Below are positions 28,797 to 38,953 of a stretch of DNA of 64,000 bases, in pieces (within the stretch, counting starts at the first letter, position 1; the number at the start of each line of letters is the position of its first letter). Position numbers and translations under genes: made by a program. The stretch is from the NCBI GenBank assembly GCA_044892525.1, contig CM097888.1:38874001-38938000 (forward strand), read 5' to 3'. This stretch comes from Schmidtea polychroa (Eukaryota). The notes below the pieces were generated by a model, which saw nothing but the letters and a program-made list of their open reading frames with translations, did not search any database and was not told the DNA's origin.

Positions 28797-29844
28797 TTTA
28801 GAAATAGTGTTTGTTGTTAANNNNNNNNNNNNNNNNNNNNNNNNNNNNNNNNNNNNNNNNNNNNNNNNNNNNNNNNNNNNNNNNNNNNNNNNNNNNNNNN
28901 NNNNNNNNNNNNNNNNNNNNNNNNNNNNNNNNNNNNNNNNNNNNNNNNNNNNNNNNNNNNNNNNNNNNNNNNNNNNNNNNNNNNNNNNNNNNNNNNNNNN
29001 NNNTTTGTAGATAATGACCTCCCGCAACCAAAACTAGAATTAGTATAAAGTCATGCTGGTTAAAGTACATTGAGAAATATTTAAATAAGATCACTGAAAA
29101 TTTTACTTTTAAAACAACTTTGTTTAAATAAATAAACGCAAAATTAATGTTTGATTCGGATGTAAAACGAAAAAGTGTTCAGTCTTATGTTAGATCTTTA
29201 AGTCAACTTGGACATACTTAGACAATATAGAAAACATTCTTTCGTGTATAAATAAGTTAACTAATTTTAAAAAAAACAATTTCTTTATATAATAATCAGC
29301 TTACTAAAAATGACATTACAATGCTTTGTTATAGCTGTATAGGTTGTCGAGAATTAACATTTAAAAATACGAAAAATTAATTACAAAGCAATTTGAAAAA
29401 AATCAAAATTAAAAAATAATTAATTTAAGTTAATTAAAAATTTGAAAAATTTGAAATTTAATTTAATATGGCTAAGTGGCAAATACAAAGATAATTACGA
29501 ATATTATAATTTTGAATCTATGGGCGTCCCTATGCGTTGTTATATATCAATCATGTCATAAAGGAAATAGAATTCCCGAGCGTAAGTAAAACGTATTTTA
29601 ATTTTAAGGGAATTTAAATAACAAATTAAATTGGCTTGTTTATCTTTTAAATAATTTATTTGATAAAAGTTTCAAGCGAGCATTATTAAACGTAAATTAG
29701 GACGTCTAGCATATTAATAAAAAGGATTGATAGAGTCTCTATTGATTAGAGCAAAATCAGATTGAGACGTACACTTTTAGATGTCTTGTCTGTAGATCAG
29801 ACTGTTAATCATATTGGTGAAATTGCATTGATTGCAATTATTAC

Positions 29845-30363
29845 GGTACTTGTTCATTATCGGGAACCCCAGTAAAAAAAATAATAATTAAACTTTGAAA
29901 ATAACTTGAGTGTGACCAGTACCCTTGTGAGCAATACCCATGGGGGGGGGGGGCAAAATATCTTGTCGAATAAACTCACAGTATACCTTTTGTTTGATAT
30001 ACATATTATAAGGTTTGAAAATTTCGAAGGTTTTTAACCCTTTGAAGGTTATTGACCCACCATAAACCTTCGATGGTCTGACTAAAAATTGCCTCTAAAT
30101 TACCTTTTGTATGAACCATCGTTCAATAAAATCCATTGGCGGGAACTTTTCTAACTTTATTTTCAAATTTTTCAAACATTATAATATGTATATCAAACAA
30201 AAGATATCAAGATATTTTGTCCCCCTATGGGTATTGCTCACAAGTGTACTGGTCACACTCAAGTTATTTTCAAAGTTTAATTATTATTATTTTTTTATTG
30301 GGGGTCCCGATAATGAACAAGTACCTTTTTTATTGCTGGGGGTCCCGATAATGAACAAGTACC
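29845..30363. mobile_element. Long-TIR MITE, Merlin-like, 519 bp
   Basis: About 185-bp inverted arms starting GGTACTTGTTCATTATCGGGA; perfect 8-bp TSD ATTATTAC; terminal about 38 bp tandemly duplicated in the right arm. Confidence 0.8.
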
Positions 30364-32180
30364 ATTATTACTAATTGAGACACTGAACATTTTGTTATTG
30401 ATGTTTTGTCAAAATTTAATGTTGTATTTTATTGTTTTAATATAGAGAATGCGGAATCAGAAATAATTATTTACTTATCAAAACTCTTTAAAAATCCAAC
30501 ATACCGAAATCACAGTGCCACAAATATTTTCCTTCTACAATTGATCTAGTATAGTTGAAAAAGTATATTATTATAAAATAAAAAAGATAAGAATTAATAA
30601 GGAATTGTATGTTTCCAGTAGATAATAATGTCATACCTGAATCACTCTCTGGTAACCCCCCTCACTATTTCATAAATAATAGTAATCGATAAATTTTAAA
30701 TTGTGTAATTACTTATTACTTTAATTATATAATTAATTTATTATTTAATTATTTAAATTCTTTTTAAATATTTTAATTTAATTTGTTATTTACTTTATTT
30801 TATTATTTTATTTAATATAAATTTAATTAATTAATTATTTTATTTAGTAATTTGTATTTTAATAAATTAGTATTTTATTTAATTAATTTTTTTATCACAT
30901 TTATTAATTACGAATATTATTTATATTTTCATTTATTTTTTTTATTTAATTCAATAATCACGTTTTCTTAATTAATTATTCTTATTATTTTATTTATTTA
31001 ATTAAGTAATTTAATTTAATTTATTTATTTATTACATAAATTAATTAATAACATTACTCCAATTTTCATTTATTTTTTTTATTTAATTTAATTATATAAC
31101 CTCACTGTAGATTGAGTACCAAAAGTATGTTTAGTAAAAAAAAAGGTTTAGTGATTTGGATTCAGAAAATGATTCCAAGACTTTTATCTCAGCAATTAGT
31201 TTTTCATAGGATGCTTTGTTTGACTACAAATGGGCTTTGGAAATATTTTCCCTTGTCATAAGTAAAATTATTGAAATCTTTTCCATCTTTTTGTCAAAAA
31301 TCTGTGAGCTTTATTACTTTTCAATAGAAAAATCTATAGTCAAGTTTAGATATTCATATGAAAGAGCAAAGATAGACCTATGGGTAGATTGTTCAGAAAT
31401 TTTTAAGTAAGCTTATTGAATTCAAATAGAACCTTTAAAATATGTAAAAAAAAATTTAACTGCAATGAAAGAAATGCTGAAACTAATTGAAAGCACGTAA
31501 TAATTTAAACTCAGAAATTAAAAAATGCTTCAAATTTTCTGAGCAATTAAATGACGTCAGAAACTTAAGATTAGTAATTAAATTTTGCCGCAAATACTTT
31601 TCAATGTAAGTCATTTGAAACAAAAACAAATTTTTGGATAATTTCAAAATTATACCATTTAAAACAAACAATTTGAAAACTATTTTTAAACGAAAGAAAT
31701 TAACATAACTATTAAATTATTAATTAAATTATTATTAAATTATATATTATTATAAGAACTTTTGATTTTCACCTCTGATTTCTTTTTATTTTCAATTAAC
31801 ATTATATTTATGAAAAATTTGACTTAAAATTGATAAACAAAAACATCGATATCTTTAATGATTCATAGTCAAAAGTAAAAGAAAATGCAAATTTAATTGT
31901 TATTTATGGCACATTTTAATAATTAATAATTATTTATCAATTTTAAATGTAGAATTTGCTTGGATTTTATTAAGTATCTGTACATAAATTCAAAGTTATA
32001 TCAGTTACGAAGAAAGAAGTTATTTTTTTTAAAATACATAGGACACATAAATGATATTAAAATATATTTTTTTAATAATTTTTAGAAAGTCGATAAATAT
32101 TATGTAAATTAGTGAATAACGAAATAATATTTAGATATACTTATTTATTTAAATATACTTATTTATTTAAATATTATTAA

Positions 32181-32260
32181 CCACTTGCACTGGATTGATA
32201 TGCTATGATTGTCAACTGTTATCTGTACGAAATGCCGATCTGAAGTGCATAGAACTTTGT
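32181..32260. mobile_element. Solo left end of a piggyBac-like MITE (same TIR start as the element at 41529)
   Basis: TTAA|CCACTTGCAC; no matching right end found. Confidence 0.45.
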
Positions 32261-32558
32261 GTTGTAAAAGTTGGCAGTTCTATCAACAAGGTATTAATTG
32301 TATACTGTCCGACTTACTTATATAAGTTTACATAACATGTCAACTCGCTACAGATTGCTTTGAACATGTTAATTATTTGACAGCAAAAATGATTAAATTA
32401 AATTATTACATAAATAAGAATACTTCAATATTTTAGGTGATATGGATTTTTAAATTTAAAAATATTTAAAAACGGTCACTTACACACATCAAACATCAAA
32501 TTTATCTAAAATTGCGCATGGCTTTTCTTTAAAATACCTTGTTGTAATGACATCTAGT

Positions 32559-33847
32559 CAGGTCCGGATTAAACCGTCTTAGTGCCCAAGTCACAAACCC
32601 ACATTTGTACCCCTTTTTGCCCGGGACTCTGATCTTTCACTGACCGTGACCGCTGGTATCTTCAATACACCAAACACTACTGAGATGCGTTCTCTATAGT
32701 GGTGGTTGGCGTGTACAGCAATTTCTGACTCACCAATTCATTTACAATTCATGTACTGAATTGCTCATCATTTATGTATTTTGGAAGGTTATTTTAGCAA
32801 TTTTACTAATGGCTTTCAAGTAATTTTTTTAATTTAAAGTAAATTTTAAGACTTGAATTTTAATCCATATGAGATATGAGATCATTATTCAAGTTCTTAA
32901 ATGTTACTTTTAATCAACAGTATAATTATAAATTATTTTTAATTAATTTTCAGGGATTTTTAGGAATTTTATGACATTTATTGTTAAGTATTTTGGAATT
33001 ATTTCGAAAAAATGTGAGTCAGATATATTTTTAATTATAATTAAATAAATCAATCACCAAAATTATGTATTTTTCTAAAAGATTATGCAAAAAAACGCCA
33101 AATATGAATAAAATGATTTTTTTAATTTTTTTTTCTGAACTCATTATGAAGGGCTTCTTTCAGGAAATCAAATCTGGATTGAAAAGACATTGAACCAAAT
33201 TCATCTTCTCTTGATATTTTTATTAAAAATATATTTTTAAAAATTTTCATCCATCTTTTTTTTCTAAAAATTGTCAAAAATAAAGTTATTATAGAAACGT
33301 ATCTCAGCGGTGCATTTCTACGAATCAAAAGTTTGTATGTGTTTTTTAGTTTGTGTTGCGTTTGTGTGCAGTTTTTAATTTTTCTTCCACTTTTCAGATT
33401 TCTATAGTATAACATGTATTTCACTGAACTATAAATGAGAACATCAACGTGAAATCAAAGTATGTATGTTTCTATATTGTAAGATTATGGATTTTTTTGT
33501 TATATTATATAAAACGGTTCTCAGTGGTGTTTGGCGTATTATTGCGTTAGGCTCAGGATTAAGATTAGAGTCAGGGTTAGGGTTAAACACGTATGAATCG
33601 TGAGTCAACATGGTCCGCATTTTAGTCATTTAGGAGTTGTTTAATTTTTCTTGCGCTTAATTTTTAAGCATTTAAGATTGTACCAAACTTGAATGGGAAT
33701 TTTTATTATAATGTATTTCTTCATTTTCATAGCATTTGTTCAATTTTCAGTTGTTTCTGGACCTAAATTTGTTCAAAAAAATTTTTCTTGAGGACTTTTG
33801 GTGCCCAAGGCACGTGTCTTGTTTGCCTAATGGTTAATCCAGACTTT
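32559..33847. mobile_element. Old non-autonomous hAT-like element, about 1.3 kb
   Basis: Ends CAGGTCCGGATTAA / AAAGTCTGGATTAA (3 mismatches in 14); GTGCCCAAG subterminal motif near both ends; TSD only 5/8. Confidence 0.5.
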
Positions 33848-34032
33848 ATTTTAGTGATTAAGAGCAAAATATGAACAGGCAAAGTATTTATAGCCCTGGA
33901 AATGTTATGGTGACAAATTCCACCGATATAGCCGAAAGGGTTAAGGGTTTAGCGTATTTATTACAATTGATTATATCATATCTATTTAATTATTTCAATT
34001 GTTTTAAAACATTGAAAGTTATTTAATTTTAA

Positions 34033-34263
34033 CCCTTTCGCCCCTATTGGGACAATACGTCCCAGAAACTTTCATCATGATCCTACTGGGATATAGGTAG
34101 GGATATAGATATATAATTGGGACTTATTATCCCAGGATTTTCTAGGATATTCAGAAGCGCCACGATTACAAAAATGAGAATATTTCATATTTAGGTCAAT
34201 ATTAACAAGTTCCAATATATAAATTTAGCATAGTGTCATTAGCGGAAAGTCGGTGCGAAAGGG
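34033..34263. mobile_element. piggyBac-like MITE, 231 bp
   Basis: TTAA|CCCTTTCGC ... GCGAAAGGG|TTAA, with internal TGGGA..TCCCAG repeats. A second orphan right end CGAAAGGG|TTAA lies at about 33933-33944. Confidence 0.85.
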
Positions 34264-34561
34264 TTAAAATAAAATTTGTCATTAATAGATTTTCATTTTG
34301 ATAAATAAATAAATCAATAAATCAATAAACCAATAAAAATTATTGAAAAATAATTAGAAAATAAAAAATAATTTGATTAGCAAATGTTTTTTTATTGAAT
34401 GATGTTTTGGATTCGAAATTTATTTAAAAATTTATTTCAATAAATGTAAGACTATAAATGAAAGAACTTTAGGGTATAAAGCTGTCAGAATAGTTTGAAA
34501 TAAATGCACCTTATGTGTAACTCTTTCGAAATTATTCTTATTTTAATAAATAGTCTCTCAC

Positions 34562-36059
34562 CTGTAAAACTATTGTTAATGAGGTCTTTATAAAATTCCA
34601 TTCCATCAATATTATTTAAAGCTTTCACACATTTTTCCAAGACAAAGGGTTTGCATAGTTTGGCTTGAAATCTATCCAATGTATAGGCCACGGCGTATAC
34701 GGCATCATAAACAGACTGGATTTTAGATTCTTGTTTGAAACTCGGCCGTTTACTTGACAAATTGAACATTGTGCACAACTGTTTTCTAGATTTCATGGAA
34801 TTTGACCGTGGAAATCTGTAATCTCTGTAAATTGAATTTCGGTTTTGTTTGTTCAGATCGGTCAGATTTGTGTGAAAGTAATAATAGTTTTCTTTTCCAC
34901 TCGTCATTGACTTAACAGATGATCGAGCGACGCGTATTTTCTGATCAGTGGGAATGCAATCAAACAATTCTTCCCAATATTCATTGAACCATGGATTGTA
35001 GGGATTTTTGTTGTACTTAAGTTGATTGAAATAGATAGTGAAGTCTTTGATTTCCACGGTTTTCACTTCGAATGTAATCGCTCCATTTGCTACATTACTG
35101 TTATTTGTAACGGGCCCATTTTCTTGGCCCCAACCATCACTGGCTATCCATAAGAAATAATTAGAATAATTCATTATTTTCACAGCGTTTAATAAAAGCT
35201 TCGTGTGATCTAATCTAGTAAATAAAACGACTACTCTTGTTTTACTAAATTCCTGATAAAGAGTTTTAACAATTGCTAATAAATCCGAGTGCAAAGGATT
35301 TGGTTTTATCATTTCTTTTGCAGCTATACAAACTCCTAGTTTTTTGCTTTCTTTCCAAAACGCATCAATTCCACTGTCTCCATAATCTCCACTGCTGCGA
35401 ACGGTAGAAACATAGGTCCAATTGAATGAAGCTACCAATTCTGCCATGGCTTTAGCTTGCTGTTGATCCGATGGAAGAGTTCTTGCAAAAATGGGATGAT
35501 CTTTTTTATTACTTAACACAGCGCTTGTTGATGCGTAGCTGATTTGAGGAATATTGAAAAGTCGCAAAAGATTAGCGACTACTATAGAAACTGAAGAGTA
35601 TGAGCCTCCGACGACAGTTCGAATTTTTTGTGTAGCTTTCGTATGCCTCAATACCTCGCTTTTATCTTTACAATAATAATCTGAAGCGTCATTATTGTCA
35701 GACAATGAGGATTTGATAAAATCTAGAGATTGTTGAAGAGCATAAGTGTCTTTTGAGCACGTGTCCAATATTCTAGCACCAATGTTCATATTTGGTAAAA
35801 TATCCGGCCGATTGTTAATTTCCTGAATCGTGAACAACATAGCTTCCAATCGCTGGATTCCTCGATCGGGGTTGATCTTTTTGCAGAGTTCTGTTTCGGA
35901 ATCATGAACTGGAAATAGTCCGCCGAGAATAATGTCCCCATTGTAAATTGCAGACTGATATTTGTTGTCGATTTCAGAAGCGATTAAATTCACAGTGACA
36001 AAAAATGAATAATAAATAACAATAGGTAACTGATTACAGCCAAAAATTCGAAAATACAT
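34562..36059 (-). CDS. mGluR: Metabotropic glutamate receptor, group II-like (class C GPCR), coding exon 1: signal peptide and most of the Venus flytrap domain. Gene model join(36059..34562,11673..11463,9795..9639,<=4067/3750..3356,...)
   Basis: The ORF contains GDIILGGLFPVH, GIQRLEAM, GGSYSSVS, PQISYASTS, ARTLPSDQQQA, GDYGDSG, WIASDGWG, NPWFNEYWE and QESKIQSVYDAVYA. Donor ACAG|GTGAG is at 34562/34561 (phase 1; 1498 nt = 499 codons + 1). The ORF-track tail after FTG is intron read-through. Confidence 0.97.
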
Positions 36060-36136
36060 TAAAAAAATTGAAATCTATTAAATGCAATTGGCGAGTAAAT
36101 ATTGTTTCCTATCTTGATATGAAAGTTCTTCCAGAT

Positions 36137-36160
36137 CTGATATAAAATAGGGAGAAATTT
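36137..36160 (-). promoter_or_regulatory. Candidate splice acceptor 77 nt upstream of the mGluR ATG (5'UTR intron or trans-splice site)
   Basis: Minus strand reads tttctccctattttatatcag|ATCTGG; there is no upstream ATG between it and 36059. Confidence 0.45.
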
Positions 36161-36479
36161 GATGCAATTGGTTGAGAGAGTGGACGAATAACGGATAAAA
36201 TCTAAACAGAAAGGTCTATGATTTCTGGTAAATAGAATTTACTTTAGAAAATTAATATGGTTTAGTCAGAGAAAAATATACATTAATAAAATAAACTATT
36301 AAATAATGCATACTTTTTCATTCAACGTCAGATGTAGTGACTCAGGTATACATTTTGCATGTCTGTCTCAATTTCAATTTATTTTCCTCTATTGCTTTTT
36401 TATACATATACATATATATTATGAGTTTATTAAACAGGTTTACAAATAATGTTTGTTGTTAAATTTTAAGTTTTCTCTA

Positions 36480-36523
36480 CATCATCAACATCATCATCAT
36501 ATTATTATTATTCATATTATTAC

Positions 36524-36578
<55 letters not shown>

Positions 36579-36590
36579 AATAATAATAAT
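36480..36590. repeat. Compound (CAT)n-(ATT)n-(AAT)n microsatellite upstream of mGluR
   Basis: Direct reading; the ATT-to-AAT switch at about 36575 is self-complementary. Confidence 0.9.
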
Positions 36591-37230
36591 TTTGTTTAAA
36601 AGATAAAAATTACAAAACCTATTACTTTAAAATTATAAAATATTTAGTAAAAGTATATTGATACTTACTGCAATATAGCTGTGACCAAAATATAAGAAAC
36701 ACGAAAAATTATAATTTAATATTATTATTGCCAAAAAACAGGTTCTAAAAACTAGACTTTGGACAGTCAAATGATATTTTATAAAACTATCTTTTTACTT
36801 TATTTTTACTTTATCTCTGTTTTTATATTTCACATGCAACACTCAAAATATCTGTTAAATTTTCAATGAAAATTGTTTTCGCTCATTTTAACATTTATTA
36901 TTATTTATTGGTTCTTGTTGAAGGGGTATTCTTTAGATTACTTTTTACTACATTATAACAAAATTCATATTTAATCCTTAGAAATTTGACTAATTTAATT
37001 TATCGTCATTTATAAGAAATATATGAATAAACCCTACCAAAATTTTTTTTGATTTAAAAACTTCTGCACAATGAAATGGATTATTCGCAATCATGTTGTG
37101 TGGTATTTGTTTAATTTCGTGATCTTTGATCAACGTTTTACAAATCGTAGAGCAGTTATGTCAAACACAGTCCCTACAAAGTTACATGTGGCGATCGGAT
37201 TAGGTTTTTATGCGTTTTTCTAATTATATA

Positions 37231-37235
<5 letters not shown>

Positions 37236-37308
<73 letters not shown>
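37236..37308. repeat. (TA)n(TG)n compound microsatellite
   Basis: Direct reading. Confidence 0.95.
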
Positions 37309-37577
37309 TACAGTTAAAGTATACATTTCTAGTTCAGTGCTTCTGATCTGGGGCCCTAGGGCCCAAGCTTTGCCAAGTTGACTTTTCGTTTGGGCAATTT
37401 CGAAATTAATGGATTTTTAAAATTTGATAAATCATATTTTTTCTCAAGTATATACGTCTTATTTTAAGTATATTATGATAGAAACAATTTCTTAACACTG
37501 AAGATATAGTTCTAACCAAGATCTATAAGCAAAATTGAAATTTTTAAGTAAAGGCTTGTAAAATAATTTGTTAATTA

Positions 37578-38953
37578 TAGGATTTCCAAAAACATTTAAT
37601 CCTTTTCCAAAAACATTTAATCCTTTTCCAAAAATCATTTAATCCTTTTCCAAAAATCATTTAAAAAATTTTGTAAAATTAAACTTCATATACTATTTTA
37701 AATGCAGTAAAGTTTATATTTATATTTTCCCGCCTTTTTTGCGATTATTTACTGAAAGATTTTTGATTTTATGGTTACATACGAGGATTAAGAGGTTACA
37801 TAAGAGGTTATATAAGAGGAAACGACTAACAAATGAAATTAGAGATTTAATATGCTCAAAATATGCGGCATTAAAGTCTATTTCCCAAATTGCCGAGGAG
37901 TTGGATTTGAATCCCAAGACTGTAAGGTCAGTCATACGGGTCCAACAAGAGACCGGTAGAACCCATTCCGCGATGAACAAGACAGGCAGGAAAAAGAAAG
38001 TCACTCCTGAAATATCTGAGTTCGTGAAGAACCAAATTGATGACGAAGTTTCAATTACTCTGGAATCGTTAAAAAATAAGATTTCCGAGCATCTTGATTT
38101 GAGTTTATCGAAAAGCACGATCAATAACATGATTGATGCGTTCAATTACTCTATTAAACGAGTAGTACTTGTTTCTGCCGCACGTAATACGCCAGAAAAT
38201 ATAGCAAAACGTTTTGAATATGCCGGAATCTTTACTCAAATTCCACAAGATAGTTTAATTTTTTTGGATGAATGCGGTATTAGTTGTAGCATACGCAAGT
38301 CGCACGGTCGCAGTTTGAGAGGAACTCCTCCAAGAAAGACCGTGAGATCAATTAGGAGCCAGAACATTTCGATATCAGTAGCAATAGCGAAGAATCGGGT
38401 TTATTTTTTTGAGAACAGTTTAACCGCCTATAACGGTGAAAAATACGGAATGTTTCTGTCGAATTTGATGGCTAAACTTGCGGAAGACCGCATTTACAAC
38501 AGGTGTTTTGTACTCGATAACGTTCTTTTCCATAAAATGACTACTATCAGGGAGCTAATTGAAGGTCAGGGCCACAGGGTGTTATTTCTTCCGCCATACA
38601 GTCCACAGCTTAATCCAATCGAGGAAGTTTTTTCGAAATGGAAGGGACTTATTAAAGATGCAAACAGTGACAGCCATGAACAATTATTAGCCGCGATGCG
38701 AACATCGGTATCACAAATAACGGGAAGTGATTGTGAAGGTTATTTCTCAAATATGATGAGGTATATCGTAAAGGCGTTCAATCGCGATGAATTTTAGTAA
38801 ATTTCAGGCTTGGTGTAATATTCATTAGTATGATATTTTATTATATGATTAAATGTTCTGTATGTGGATTAAATGTTTTTGGAAAAGGATTAAATTTTTT
38901 TGGAACAGGATTAAATGTTTTTGGAAAAGGATTAAATGTTTTTGGAAATGCTG
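37578..38953 (+). mobile_element. IS630/Tc1-mariner DD34E DNA transposon, 1376 bp, TA target duplication, about 89-bp composite TIRs
   Basis: TA at 37576-77 and 38954-55. Left end TAGGA+(TTTCCAAAAACATTTAATCCT)x4; right end reverse complement CAGCA+(same 21-mer)x4. Encloses a single transposase ORF. Confidence 0.93.
37739..38797 (+). CDS. DD34E transposase (HTH plus DDE_3-type catalytic domain); true start codon uncertain
   Basis: SISQIAEELDLNPKTVRSVI HTH, GRKKK linker, FLDECG, VLDNVLFH and LPPYSPQLNPIEEVFS; 34 residues between D2 and E. No internal stops. First in-frame ATG is at 37973. Confidence 0.93.
   Translation: MRLFTERFLILWLHTRIKRLHKRLYKRKRLTNEIRDLICSKYAALKSISQIAEELDLNPKTVRSVIRVQQETGRTHSAMNKTGRKKKVTPEISEFVKNQIDDEVSITLESLKNKISEHLDLSLSKSTINNMIDAFNYSIKRVVLVSAARNTPENIAKRFEYAGIFTQIPQDSLIFLDECGISCSIRKSHGRSLRGTPPRKTVRSIRSQNISISVAIAKNRVYFFENSLTAYNGEKYGMFLSNLMAKLAEDRIYNRCFVLDNVLFHKMTTIRELIEGQGHRVLFLPPYSPQLNPIEEVFSKWKGLIKDANSDSHEQLLAAMRTSVSQITGSDCEGYFSNMMRYIVKAFNRDEF

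Noticed and set aside
29521-29708. Possible hAT MITE (TGGGCGTCC / TAGACGTCC)
   Set aside because: The TIR match is weak and there is no TSD.
34485-34561. C-terminal extension ERLFIKIRII... of the 524-aa ORF
   Set aside because: Read-through past the GTGAG donor; the exon 2 join restores the conserved F.x.x.G..V.FD.NGD motif.
37583-37670. 21-bp direct repeat array as a CRISPR
   Set aside because: There are no spacers, the array is mirrored as an inverted copy at 38866-38948, no cas genes are present and the context is eukaryotic. It is the transposon TIR.
37720-38145. 141-aa minus-strand ORF
   Set aside because: Antisense shadow of the transposase. The same applies to 47105-47560 (hAT), 61827-62072 (mAChR) and 11365-11682 (mGluR exon 2).
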